Of a stretch of 64,000 bases of DNA, positions 35,958-45,870 are shown piece after piece. Location: contig DASPLK010000001.1 of the NCBI GenBank assembly GCA_035627595.1, positions 69,619-133,618 on the forward strand, in the 5' to 3' direction. Origin of the DNA: Minisyncoccota bacterium (GTDB lineage: Bacteria > Patescibacteriota > Minisyncoccia > Phycocordibacterales > Phycocordibacteraceae). The position numbers were made by a program, and so were the translations under genes. The notes under the pieces were generated by a model, which saw nothing but the letters and a program-made list of their open reading frames with translations, was not told the origin of the DNA and made no database searches. The first letter of the stretch is position 1, and each line of letters begins with the position of its first letter.

Positions 35958-36044
35958 GAAGGACATATACGAACAGCAAAAGGCCCCGCATGGGGCCTTT
36001 TGCTGTTCGATTGCTTTTCACACTGAGAAGCGTACGCTTTTTAC

Positions 36045-37184
36045 ATGGAACCGCTCGCATCTCGTATACGTCCAAAGACACTTGATGAGTTCGTTGGGCA
36101 AGAGCATTTGGTAGGGGAGGGAAAGCCCTTGCGGGTTGCTATCGAGAAGAAGCATCGCTTTTCCTTCATCTTGTGGGGACCGCCTGGAACTGGGAAGACA
36201 ACGCTCGCGCGTATCTACGCGAACGCACTTGATGCAGAGCTACATGAACTATCCGCAGTGTCAGCGGGGAAGGAAGATATACGAAAGATCATCTCCAAGA
36301 GAGATGGGCTCTTTGGACGACCCCAGGTGCTTTTCCTCGATGAGATACATAGGTTCAACAAGAGTCAGCAGGACTTCCTCCTGCCGTACGTAGAAAGCGG
36401 CGCGCTCACCCTTATCGGCGCCACCACTGAGAACCCGTCCTTCGAGGTAATCCCAGCGCTCCTCTCTCGCGCCCGAGTGTTCGTGCTGGAGCCTATATCA
36501 GAGGAGTCCCTCAAAGCAATCGTAAAGCGTACGAAGCTAAAGCTAAATAGGGATGCCTTTGAGTGGCTAATGGGATATGCAAACGGTGACGCAAGGAAGG
36601 CACTTACCCTCCTTGAGGGTGTGGAGAGTCTCTACGGGAAAGTAACTGTTGAGAACCTCAACAAAGCGCTTGAATCGCCACACTTGCGGTACGACAAAAA
36701 GGGCGACGAACACTACGACACCATTAGCGCGTTCATTAAGAGCATGCGTGCCTCGCAACCTGATGCCGCTGTGTACTACCTAGCCCGCATGGTGGAGGCA
36801 GGAGAGGATCCCCTCTTCATTGCTCGCCGCATGGTCATATTTGCCTCGGAAGATATTGGGCTCGCACAGCCAACTGCGCTCGTGGTCGCAAATGCGGTCT
36901 TTAGGGCGTGCGAAACCATTGGATACCCTGAATGTGCAATAAATCTCGCACATGGCGTAGCGTATCTAGCAAACGCGCCAAAGACGAAGTCCTCATATGA
37001 TGCGCTACGTGCGGCCCAGGCTGACATCATGAAGCACGGTAATCTGCCTATTCCGAAGAAGATACGCAATGCGCCGACGAAGTTAATGAAAGAACTTGAG
37101 TACGGCAAGGGATACGAGAAGTACGACGAGGAGAGTTACCTTCCAGAGAAGCTAAAAAATAAGAAATACTTTAAGAACAAATAG
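36045..37184 (+). CDS. rarA: Replication-associated recombination protein RarA/MgsA
   Basis: PLASRIRP, WGPPGTGKTT, DEIHRFNK, GATTENP, HYDTISAFIKS, ASEDIG. Confidence 0.96.
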   Translation: MEPLASRIRPKTLDEFVGQEHLVGEGKPLRVAIEKKHRFSFILWGPPGTGKTTLARIYANALDAELHELSAVSAGKEDIRKIISKRDGLFGRPQVLFLDEIHRFNKSQQDFLLPYVESGALTLIGATTENPSFEVIPALLSRARVFVLEPISEESLKAIVKRTKLKLNRDAFEWLMGYANGDARKALTLLEGVESLYGKVTVENLNKALESPHLRYDKKGDEHYDTISAFIKSMRASQPDAAVYYLARMVEAGEDPLFIARRMVIFASEDIGLAQPTALVVANAVFRACETIGYPECAINLAHGVAYLANAPKTKSSYDALRAAQADIMKHGNLPIPKKIRNAPTKLMKELEYGKGYEKYDEESYLPEKLKNKKYFKNK

Positions 37185-37217
37185 AAAACACGTCGCAGTA
37201 CTGCGACGTGTTTTCTA
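37182..37217. terminator. Perfect 36-bp palindrome, bidirectional terminator between rarA and hup
   Basis: TAGAAAACACGTCGCAGT|ACTGCGACGTGTTTTCTA. Confidence 0.8.
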
Positions 37218-37228
37218 AGAATTGAATA

Positions 37229-37501
37229 CTACTTAACTGCGTCCTTGAGCGCCTTTGCTGCGCGGAACTTCGGGGTGCGAGTTGCAGCGATCTTGATGGT
37301 TTCACCAGTGCGCGGGTTGCGGCCAGTGCGAGCCGGACGTGCCTTTGCACTGAAAATACCAAGACCTGCGATAGAAACCTCATCACCAGAGCTAAGGCCG
37401 GAAGTGATGGCGTCGATAACGGTCTCGACTGCACGGTCTGCGTCAGCGCGAGTGCCGCCGAGGACCTCCTGCACCTTTGCTACGATATCTGCTTTGTTCA
37501 T
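37229..37501 (-). CDS. hup: HU DNA-binding protein
   Basis: MNKADIV...GLGIF...RTGRNPRTGETIKI...PKFRAAKALKDAV. Confidence 0.96.
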   Translation of the reverse strand: MNKADIVAKVQEVLGGTRADADRAVETVIDAITSGLSSGDEVSIAGLGIFSAKARPARTGRNPRTGETIKIAATRTPKFRAAKALKDAVK

Positions 37502-37652
37502 AGGGAGCGTTTAGGGTTAAAGAGTCACCCTTCTTGAGGGTATGCTAAAAAGTATAGGAAATGCGCCATTTTACGCAATACCTAGAAAAATGGGTGGGGA
37601 TAGCAAGAAAATAGGCCCCTGACACTTGCCAGGGGCCTATTTTCGTTTCGTA

Positions 37653-39161
37653 CTATCGCGCGTACTCCACCACGCGGTTCTCCCTAATGATGTTCACTTT
37701 GATCTCTCCTGGGTACTTAAGCTCTTCCTGCACGCGGGAAGCTATTTCCTTAGCCATTTTGTGCATCTGCAGGTCGGTGACCTTGCCCGGGTTCACAAAT
37801 ATGCGAATCTCGCGCCCCGCGGAGATGGCGTAGCTCTTTTCAACGCCTGGGAATCCGGATGCAATGCGCTCCAAATCGTTTAGGCGCTCAAGATAACGCT
37901 CGACGGTGTCGCGGCGCGCGCCTGGGCGCCCCGCGGAGATAGCATCCGCGACCTGCACAATGACAGACTCAGGCGTTTCATACGGATGCTCTTCGTGATG
38001 TGACTGCATTGCCTGGATAATACGTGTATCTACAGCGTATTTCTCAAGGATACGGCGACCGATCTCTACATGCGTACCCTGTACCTCATGGTCGACGGCT
38101 TTGCCGATATCATGGAGGAGCGCACCCGCCTTTGCGATTTCAGGATCTGCGCCTAGTTCCTCAGCAAGCATGCCAGCAATGTGTGCCATCTCGATTGAAT
38201 GCTGGAGTACGCTCTGACCGTAGCTGGTACGGAAGTGGAGGCGGCCGATAAGGGGAATAAGTCGCGGATCAAGACCAACAATGCCGACCTCATATGCTGC
38301 TTCCTCTCCCTTTTGCTTGATTATATCGTTCACGTCCTGACGGGTCTTCTCGACGGTCTCCTCTATCTTTGCTGGCTGGATGCGTCCATCCTCAATAAGC
38401 GTTTCAAGTGCAAGTTTTGCGATGTGCCGCCTCAAAGGGTCAAAGGATGAGAGTGTTATACGGTCCGGTGCATCATCGATAATGACATCGACGCCCGTAG
38501 CCTTCTCGAAAGTCTTAATATTGCGACCTTCCTTGCCGATGATTTTACCTTTCAATTCCTCCGAAGGAATGTTTACGGTGAGCGTCATGACTTCTGCATT
38601 CACCGGATTAGCCATGCGGTGAATGACCGAAAGAAGAATAGAGCGCGCTTTAGACTCAAGCTGCTTCTTGCCATGCGTGTCGAGCTTCTGCATACGGGAA
38701 AGAAGTGAGGTCTCATGCGCTTTCTCTACTTCGCGAAGAAGAATGGCACGCGCCTCCTCTTCAGTGAGGTTGGCTAGGTTCGCAAGCTCCGCACGGCGAT
38801 CTCTGAGGAGATTCTCCGCCTCCTTTCTAAGATTCGCTGCTTCAGTCTCGCGATTCTTCACGTCATCCGCTTCTTCGGTAATGTTGCGCTCGCGCTCATC
38901 AAGGAACGCTTCACGCTTCGCGAGACGCTCTTCGCGCTCGCGCAAAGGATCAAGGCGCTCCTCCTCAATCATTTCTGCCTCGTTGCGCGCTTCGTCGATG
39001 ATGCGGTCCGCCCGCTCCTTGGCCTCAAGAAGTTTGCGCTTCACCTCAAGCTCCAAAGAGCCGCGCTGGCCGAGCGCAATGAGGAGTCGCAAGACATAGC
39101 CGAGTGCAATCCCTGCCATACCAGATACGGCAAGCAGGATGAGAACTAGTTTTATAGACAT
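37653..39161 (-). CDS. rny: Ribonuclease Y
   Basis: N-terminal TM, coiled coil, KH (KGKIIGKEGRNI), RTSYGQ, HDIGKA, DAISAGRPGAR. Confidence 0.96.
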   Translation of the reverse strand: MSIKLVLILLAVSGMAGIALGYVLRLLIALGQRGSLELEVKRKLLEAKERADRIIDEARNEAEMIEEERLDPLREREERLAKREAFLDERERNITEEADDVKNRETEAANLRKEAENLLRDRRAELANLANLTEEEARAILLREVEKAHETSLLSRMQKLDTHGKKQLESKARSILLSVIHRMANPVNAEVMTLTVNIPSEELKGKIIGKEGRNIKTFEKATGVDVIIDDAPDRITLSSFDPLRRHIAKLALETLIEDGRIQPAKIEETVEKTRQDVNDIIKQKGEEAAYEVGIVGLDPRLIPLIGRLHFRTSYGQSVLQHSIEMAHIAGMLAEELGADPEIAKAGALLHDIGKAVDHEVQGTHVEIGRRILEKYAVDTRIIQAMQSHHEEHPYETPESVIVQVADAISAGRPGARRDTVERYLERLNDLERIASGFPGVEKSYAISAGREIRIFVNPGKVTDLQMHKMAKEIASRVQEELKYPGEIKVNIIRENRVVEYAR

Positions 39162-39323
39162 AACACGGTTTCAGTCCTTTCCCGGGCGCGGGCTCGAGAA
39201 AGGCTCGATAAAATCAAAGTAATAAGCCCAGCACAAATTCACCATACGCCAAAAGGATGGCAGAGCCAAGTTTCGCAGAATCCTCATGTGATTTAGGTGT
39301 GCTGCCTGGTACCATGCGGGTAT

Positions 39324-40103
39324 ATGGGGGAGAAAATGCCGCAATCAGCTGCAAAGGTCGAGTCTATGGAAGCGACGCTCAGTCAGGCGGAGAAAGCTGC
39401 CATTAGTGAGCTCGCGTTTCCTATCCAGCGCATCCTAAGCCAGATCGAGCCAGAGCTCGAGGAAGGAGCGTACCGCGTTATTATCGGTGACGACGTGTCT
39501 GGCCGCATCCCAGCGATAATTATGAACGAGGCGGTCGCGAAGATATATAAAGCATATGGGCACCCTGCGCCCATGCTCCGATTCGTTGCAGGAGGGCGCC
39601 GCCCTGGCGAGCATGGATTGGATAGTAGAGATAGATCGAACGATATGAAGGAGCGCGTGCGAGGATTCAGTGGTGAACTATTGCAGAAGGAGGATAATCC
39701 TCGTGCGCTATTGGTAACTGAGGCGGTGGCGACAGGTGCTGCCATGCAAATGGTGACTGGTGCCTTGCAGAATGAGCGTATTAAGACGGATATTGCTGCA
39801 CTCGGTTTCATTGGTAAGCATGTTGAGAATGGAATTGAGGACCTTGAGCAAGTTAAGGCAAAGTTACATGGTGCTCGGCTTATTATAGGTACCGAGAATC
39901 TTCCGAGCTTATATGGAGACAGAAACCTGCGTTTGTTGCAGGGAGTCGCAAAGGAACATGGTTCCTCGACCTCGACGCGTCTCACAGACTACGAAATCCA
40001 CCGAGACGACGTCCCCTATATACAAGGAAAGATTAATGCCGCGCGAGTACTTGCAACCAAAGTCGGAAGCGATGTCGCGGACGTATATCTTGCGGGTAAA
40101 TAA
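39324..40103 (+). CDS. Hypothetical protein, possible phosphoribosyltransferase-like fold
   Basis: IIGDDVSGRIPA and ALLVTEAVATG (degenerate PRPP-loop-like); start inferred from TACCAT -10. Confidence 0.6.
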   Translation: MGEKMPQSAAKVESMEATLSQAEKAAISELAFPIQRILSQIEPELEEGAYRVIIGDDVSGRIPAIIMNEAVAKIYKAYGHPAPMLRFVAGGRRPGEHGLDSRDRSNDMKERVRGFSGELLQKEDNPRALLVTEAVATGAAMQMVTGALQNERIKTDIAALGFIGKHVENGIEDLEQVKAKLHGARLIIGTENLPSLYGDRNLRLLQGVAKEHGSSTSTRLTDYEIHRDDVPYIQGKINAARVLATKVGSDVADVYLAGK

Positions 40104-40146
40104 GAAACGAGCCGCATAGGAGCGGCTCGTTTCTTAGGAACATTAA

Positions 40147-40755
40147 CTACTTGCTCTTGTATACCTGATCGATGATGCCGTACTTCTTGGCTTCGTCTGC
40201 GGTCAGGAAGAAGTCACGGTCCACATCGCGTTCGATCTTCTCCAAAGGCTGACCGCTCTGCTTGGCCAGAATCTTGTTCAAACGGTCGCGAAGGGAAAGG
40301 ATGCGCTTAGCGCTGATCTCGATATCGGATGCCTGACCCTCAGCGCCGCCATGAGGCTGATGGATCATGATGTCGGCGTTCGGGAGCGCAAAGCGTTTGC
40401 CCTTTGCGCCGCTGGCGAGGATGATAGAGCCCATTGATGCCGCCATACCGACTGCAACAGTCGCGACGTCAGGCTTTACATGGTTCATCGCATCCACGAT
40501 AGCGAGTCCCGAGTGTACGTGTCCGCCCGGAGAGTTCACATAAAGGAAGATGTCCTTCTTGGGATCCTCAGCTTCAAGGAATAGAAGCTGTGAGATGATG
40601 AGGTTCGCCACTTCATCATTGATGCCGCCGCCAAGGAACACGATGCGCTCTCGGAGGAGGCGGGAATAGATGTCGTATGCCCGTTCACCAAACTGCGACT
40701 TCTCGATGACCATAGGCACGAGCATATTTGCGGAGGGGATAGCGGTGTTTCTCAT
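40147..40755 (-). CDS. clpP: ATP-dependent Clp protease proteolytic subunit
   Basis: [36 protein letters not shown]; start moved to 40755. Confidence 0.96.
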   Translation of the reverse strand: MRNTAIPSANMLVPMVIEKSQFGERAYDIYSRLLRERIVFLGGGINDEVANLIISQLLFLEAEDPKKDIFLYVNSPGGHVHSGLAIVDAMNHVKPDVATVAVGMAASMGSIILASGAKGKRFALPNADIMIHQPHGGAEGQASDIEISAKRILSLRDRLNKILAKQSGQPLEKIERDVDRDFFLTADEAKKYGIIDQVYKSK

Positions 40756-40817
40756 AGATACGCATAGTACCAAAATTGAGAGGGATAGGAAAAAACCGCG
40801 GTTTTCCGCGGCCTCTC

Positions 40818-41012
40818 CTAGTATCGTTGGCTCTCGATAAGCTCCAGGTACGCTCTCTCCTCCGCGATACGCTTGCCCCAGGCATAGAAGGCACCAGTGA
40901 CGATCATCGCCAAGAGCACGATGATGACGAAGACGGTGCCCCAGGACGCGTTCTTGCTCGCTGCTTCCTGGACCTGGCGTACATGTTCCTGTAGTTCGGG
41001 ACTTTGTTCCAT
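40818..41012 (-). CDS. Small single-TM protein
   Basis: 64 aa, [24 protein letters not shown]; TATACT -10 7 nt before ATG; hairpin downstream. Confidence 0.7.
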   Translation of the reverse strand: MEQSPELQEHVRQVQEAASKNASWGTVFVIIVLLAMIVTGAFYAWGKRIAEERAYLELIESQRY

Positions 41013-41093
41013 GGTGAGTAGTATACAACCGTGTTGGAAGTTCCATAACGCAAAGCGCCCCGATTGCTCGGGGCGCTTTGCTAAGAGTAAGTG

Positions 41094-41612
41094 TTACTTC
41101 TTGTCCTGGTACATCTGTACCGCACGGATGAATGCTGCTTCCGCAGCGTTCTTTCCCTCAAACTCACCAACCTCTACCTCCTTCTTCTGGATCTGCTTGT
41201 AGGTTGCGAAGAAGTGGGCAATTTCCTTTACCGTGTGCTTGTTGATGTCCTGGAGATCCTGTACATCACTGAAGCGTGGGTCATCTACTGGAACTGCAAT
41301 GACCTTCTCATCAGCTTCGCCGCCATCGATCATGTGCATGATCGCGACCGGGCGCGCACGCACAAGGATGCCGGGGAGCAGCGGGTATGTGGTGAGCAGC
41401 ACCACATCGAGCGCATCGCCATCGTCCCATAGGGTCTGCGGCACAAAGCCGTAGTCAAAGGGATAATCCTGTGCGCTGTGCATCACACGATCTAGTGCGA
41501 TGATGCCGGTCTTTTTGTCGATTTCGTACTTGTTCTTCGAGCCGCGGTTGATCTCGACGATGACGTTCATCTCGCCTGAAGAACCGGGAGCGATGTCGTG
41601 AAGTAGGTTCAT
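41094..41612 (-). CDS. ppa: Inorganic pyrophosphatase (family I)
   Basis: [29 protein letters not shown]. Confidence 0.96.
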   Translation of the reverse strand: MNLLHDIAPGSSGEMNVIVEINRGSKNKYEIDKKTGIIALDRVMHSAQDYPFDYGFVPQTLWDDGDALDVVLLTTYPLLPGILVRARPVAIMHMIDGGEADEKVIAVPVDDPRFSDVQDLQDINKHTVKEIAHFFATYKQIQKKEVEVGEFEGKNAAEAAFIRAVQMYQDKK

Positions 41613-41624
41613 ACGACAATAATA

Positions 41625-43055
41625 CTATGCCTGATTCTCTGCCTGGCTCTCGGTGGTGACGTCGCGGTCTTCCATGTTGACCGGCGTACCATCGTCAGAG
41701 AGCGTAGTCTCCTCTTCCATAGTAAGTGTAGTCTGAGACTCATTCTCCTCAGAGGTGATGACCGACTCAGTTTCACCAGAGTCGACACCCGCCTCCTTTG
41801 CAGGGTCATTCTCTGCATCTTCCTCAGCCTCTTCAAGTGCAATCTCAGCGTCAGCGACGCGCACTTCGCCCGGGCGTGGCGCATCCTGATTCACAGACAC
41901 CTCCTCTCCGTTACTTTCCGCGACATTCTCGCCGGCTACCGACTTGATGTCGATGTTCCAACCAGTGAGCTTTGCTGCTAAGCGTACGTTCTGTCCTCCG
42001 CGACCAATAGCAAGGGACTGCTGATCCTCAGAGACGGTGACAGTTGCGCGGTGATCAGCCTCGTCGAGTTCTACGTCGATGACGGTAGCAGGGGAGAGCG
42101 CCTCCTTAATGAATGCGGACTGATCTTCAGACCACTCGATGATGTCGATGCGCTCGCCACCTAGTGCACCCATGACGGTTGAAACGCGGACACCCCTCTG
42201 TCCCACAAGGGAACCGACCGGGTCGACATGCGGATCAAGGGATGCAATTGCGATCTTTGTGCGGGAACCTGGTTCACGCGCGAGTCCCTTCACTTCAATA
42301 GCGCCTGACGCGAGCTCAGGTGCCTCCATTTCAAACAGCTTCACGAGGAACTTCGGGTGGGAACGGGAAAGGCGAAGGTATACGCCGCGGAATCCTTCGT
42401 CTACCGCGTAGAGGTACGCCTGGATGCGCTCACCATTACGATAGCGCTCGCCCGGAATCTGCTCCTCGTACGGAATGATGCCGGTTGCACGGCCGAGGTC
42501 GATAAAGATAGCGCCGCGCTCAACGCGCTGCACGATACCAGAAACGATCTCACCCTTTTTGTGGCCGAATTCGTCGAGAATAGAAAGCTTCTCAGCCTCC
42601 CTGATTTTCTGGATAACGACCTGCTTTGCGGTCTGGGCTGCGATGCGGCCGAAATCGTCCTGGGGCTCAAGCGGGAAGACAATTTCACTACCAAGAACCG
42701 CGTCGCGCTTGATGCGCTTCGCGTCCTCAAGGAGCATGTGCTTCTCGCTATCGTAGCGGGGAAGCTCACCCTCAAGCACTTCCTCGTGCTCCTGGTGTGG
42801 GTGCGCCTCCTCGATGACCTCATCAGGCTCGGGGAAACGGACCATAGTTTCATCAACGATGGTCTTTACCTGCTCAAAGGACACCGTACCGGTGTTCATA
42901 TCAAGCTTGGCATGCACGACTTGGCCGCGCTTTCCGTATTCCTTCTTGTACGCAGTCGCCATCGCAGACTCGATCGCTTCGATCATCGTCTCTTTGGAGA
43001 TGCCCCGCTCTTCGAACTCGCCCAGAACCAGATTGATTGTCTTTAGGTCCAACAT
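41625..43055 (-). CDS. nusA: Transcription factor NusA with long acidic tail
   Basis: FGRIAAQTAKQV, AREPGSRTKIA, GQRGVRV, ERIDII, SLAIGRGGQNVRLAAKLTGW. Confidence 0.96.
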   Translation of the reverse strand: MLDLKTINLVLGEFEERGISKETMIEAIESAMATAYKKEYGKRGQVVHAKLDMNTGTVSFEQVKTIVDETMVRFPEPDEVIEEAHPHQEHEEVLEGELPRYDSEKHMLLEDAKRIKRDAVLGSEIVFPLEPQDDFGRIAAQTAKQVVIQKIREAEKLSILDEFGHKKGEIVSGIVQRVERGAIFIDLGRATGIIPYEEQIPGERYRNGERIQAYLYAVDEGFRGVYLRLSRSHPKFLVKLFEMEAPELASGAIEVKGLAREPGSRTKIAIASLDPHVDPVGSLVGQRGVRVSTVMGALGGERIDIIEWSEDQSAFIKEALSPATVIDVELDEADHRATVTVSEDQQSLAIGRGGQNVRLAAKLTGWNIDIKSVAGENVAESNGEEVSVNQDAPRPGEVRVADAEIALEEAEEDAENDPAKEAGVDSGETESVITSEENESQTTLTMEEETTLSDDGTPVNMEDRDVTTESQAENQA

Positions 43056-43281
43056 ACTTCCGATATTTAGTTGTATCGCCCGGGTTTCTTAAAAAGAAAG
43101 GCCCGCGGGAGCGGACATTTCAGATATTGGAAGGATACCATTCCTATATATAGTGTCAATGAAGAAATATTGACATATATAGGATGTAAGTCATTATATA
43201 GACACTGCTTATGGGATAACACCCAGTCATCGAAACGATGGCGAAGCATAGCTCTTTGCCATCCTTGGGGGAAATATCATC

Positions 43282-43467
43282 ATGCAACGTTCCAATGACC
43301 GCGCGTCGGCTGAGGCTGATGATCATCGGGCCATCAACGGCGAGGTGCAGGCTGAAGGAAAGACCTCGAGCTTCTTTCCGATCCTCGGCATCGTTTTTCT
43401 CGGCGTCATCGCAATGACCGTGATGATCCTCGCGGGTCACCAACATCCGCAGCCTTTTCTCGGGTGA
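43282..43467 (+). CDS. Small orphan single-TM protein
   Basis: 61 aa with a C-terminal hydrophobic segment; G-rich SD-like motif upstream, hairpin downstream. Confidence 0.55.
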   Translation: MQRSNDRASAEADDHRAINGEVQAEGKTSSFFPILGIVFLGVIAMTVMILAGHQHPQPFLG

Positions 43468-43588
43468 ACGATAGATCAAGACTCCAAGGAAACGCGCCCC
43501 AATGCTTCGGCAGCGGAGCGTGTTTTCTGTTTCATACACATATATAGGTACGAACGAAGTTCATGCGCTGCGTTATACTTTGTTGAGC

Positions 43589-45340
43589 ATGCAAGTTTCA
43601 GAGCGAGAGCTGAAGGAGTTCATCATCGATTCGGGACTTGTTGCCCGAAAGGACGTCGATGCTGCAGAGCAGGAAGCAAAGGCGCGGAAGCAATCCGTGG
43701 GCGACGTACTTGTTTCTCAGGGCTCCCTTTCTGAAGATGCGCTCCGCCGCATCAAAGCGTACGTACTCGGCATCCCATTTGTGAACCTGAAGGATAAAAA
43801 GATACCCTTCGAAGTGCTCTCTCTTATTCCTGAGCCGATTGCACGCACGCACAACATTGTCGCGTTCAGAAAAGATGGCGACACGCTTGAGGTCGCGATG
43901 CTTGATACTGAGGACCTTGTATCAATCGATTCGGTAAAGAAGAAGACACGGCTCAAGATTATGCCGCGCCTAACTGACGACGATTCGCTCAGAAACGTGC
44001 TTCTGCAGTATCAGAAGTCCCTAAAGGAAGAGTTCGGCGATCTTATTTCTACTGAAGCAGGGAAGCTCTCCTTGGTAAAAGACGGGGCAACCGACGAGGT
44101 ATCAGAGAAAGATCTTAAGAAGCTGGCGGAGGATCTGCCGATCGTCCGCATTATCGATACGCTCTTGCGGCACGCAATTATCCAAAACGCATCTGACATT
44201 CATATTGAGCCAGCTGAGCACGAAGTCATTGTGCGGTACCGCATTGACGGCATATTGCATGATGCGATGACACTCCCTAAAAATGCTGCGTCCGGTATCG
44301 TCGCGCGTATCAAAGTGCTCTCCAACTTGAAGTTGGATGAGAAGCGACTTCCGCAAGACGGACGCTTCAAGATGGAGACCGAGCGCGACAAGGTGTCGTT
44401 CCGCGTATCCCTGCTGCCGGTATATTTTGGCGAGAAAGTTGTCATGCGCCTCCTTAGGGAGAGCGGCGAAGGGTTTACACTCGAGGGTCTTGGCTTCCAT
44501 GGCGAGAATCTAGAGCGCATACATCATGCAACCAAGCAGACAACCGGCATCATTCTTGTATCAGGCCCAACCGGCTCCGGAAAGACGACAACCCTCTATA
44601 CGATTCTCGATATTCTCAATACGCCTGACGTAAACATCTCCACCATTGAGGATCCGATCGAGTACCAGATGAAGCGGGTGAACCAAACGCAGGTGAATCC
44701 GGCGATCGGCTTCTCGTTCGCCAATGGACTCCGTGCGCTTCTTAGACAGGACCCGAACATCATCATGGTCGGCGAGATTCGTGATAGCGAGACGGCAGCG
44801 CTTGCGATTAACGCGGCACTCACCGGACACATCGTGCTCTCAACTATTCACACGAACTCAGCGACCGGCGCAATTCCGCGTCTCATGGATATGGGCGTTG
44901 AGCCGTTTCTTCTAGTTTCCACGCTTCGCGCGGTTGTGGGCCAGCGACTTGTTCGCCGTCTTTGCGATGATAAGGAGGAGTATGCGCTCGATAAGATTGA
45001 ACGAGAGAAGGTCGCATCCCCAGAGCATTTTGATGCAGCATTGAAAGCCCTTACCGACGAGAAGCTTGTAAAGGCAGGAACTAAGATTGATGCACTGCCG
45101 TTCTATAAGCCAAAGGAGGGGGGTGATTGCGAAGAGGGATACAAGGGCCGTATGGGTATCCATGAGGTGCTCGCCGTTTCTCCTTCTATTCGCGAACTCA
45201 TCCTTCACGGAGCGTCTGGTGATCAGATTGAAGCGCAAGCAAGAAAAGAAGGAATGCTTACCATGCTCGAAGATGGCATTTATAAGGCATCGAGAGGCAT
45301 CACCTCACTAGAGGAGGTATTGCGCGCTGTTTCTGAATAA
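43589..45340 (+). CDS. pilB: Type IV pilus assembly ATPase PilB/GspE
   Basis: ASDIHIEP, RLPQDGR, GPTGSGKTTT, EDPIE, LRQDPNIIMVGEIRD, TGHIVLSTIHTN. Confidence 0.95.
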   Translation: MQVSERELKEFIIDSGLVARKDVDAAEQEAKARKQSVGDVLVSQGSLSEDALRRIKAYVLGIPFVNLKDKKIPFEVLSLIPEPIARTHNIVAFRKDGDTLEVAMLDTEDLVSIDSVKKKTRLKIMPRLTDDDSLRNVLLQYQKSLKEEFGDLISTEAGKLSLVKDGATDEVSEKDLKKLAEDLPIVRIIDTLLRHAIIQNASDIHIEPAEHEVIVRYRIDGILHDAMTLPKNAASGIVARIKVLSNLKLDEKRLPQDGRFKMETERDKVSFRVSLLPVYFGEKVVMRLLRESGEGFTLEGLGFHGENLERIHHATKQTTGIILVSGPTGSGKTTTLYTILDILNTPDVNISTIEDPIEYQMKRVNQTQVNPAIGFSFANGLRALLRQDPNIIMVGEIRDSETAALAINAALTGHIVLSTIHTNSATGAIPRLMDMGVEPFLLVSTLRAVVGQRLVRRLCDDKEEYALDKIEREKVASPEHFDAALKALTDEKLVKAGTKIDALPFYKPKEGGDCEEGYKGRMGIHEVLAVSPSIRELILHGASGDQIEAQARKEGMLTMLEDGIYKASRGITSLEEVLRAVSE

Positions 45341-45427
45341 TTTGATTTGCGCGGTTTGCGTTGTATAGTCATTTTGGGTTGTATCCCGTGTGTAGGCTGT
45401 TCTATGCGCGTATAAGGGGAATTAAGC

Positions 45428-45793
45428 ATGAAAGGTGTAACTCTTGAAAGTGTGGTGACTGCAATGGTCGCCGCTGGGCTTCTGGGCTGGGTCGCTTCTG
45501 ACATCGTGGGCCTGACCAACATCTGGCACCTGTTGCCGGATGTTTGGGACAACGCATTCATCGCGAGTCTGCTGGCGTCCGTCGTTGCTTTGGGCGGCCC
45601 GAGAGTTTTCGACAAGCTCTTGGCCTGGTGGGCGATCATCATCGTTCCGCCCGTTACGGCGGCCGTCGCCGTGATCAACGGCATTGCTGTGCCGTCAGGC
45701 GTCTTGATCACGATCGTCATGACCTTCGCGGTTTGCGCCGGCGTCCTCGTGGCCAACCACTGGTTTGGCCGAAAGGAAGCCATTGCGGCCTGA
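45428..45793 (+). CDS. Orphan four-TM membrane protein between pilB and pilC
   Basis: 121 aa, hydrophobic; AAGGGG SD; own terminator at ~45812-45841. Confidence 0.65.
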   Translation: MKGVTLESVVTAMVAAGLLGWVASDIVGLTNIWHLLPDVWDNAFIASLLASVVALGGPRVFDKLLAWWAIIIVPPVTAAVAVINGIAVPSGVLITIVMTFAVCAGVLVANHWFGRKEAIAA

Positions 45794-45870
45794 CTTCTCG
45801 TCACTGCGCTCAAGGCCGGGTCTCATTGGGATCCGGCCTTTCGCTTTGTCTGCGTGCTAAGATTTTCGTA

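Noticed and set aside
37182-37217. Perfect palindrome as a MITE or recombination site
   Set aside because: Single copy, with A/T tails and located between convergent genes; a bidirectional terminator explains it.
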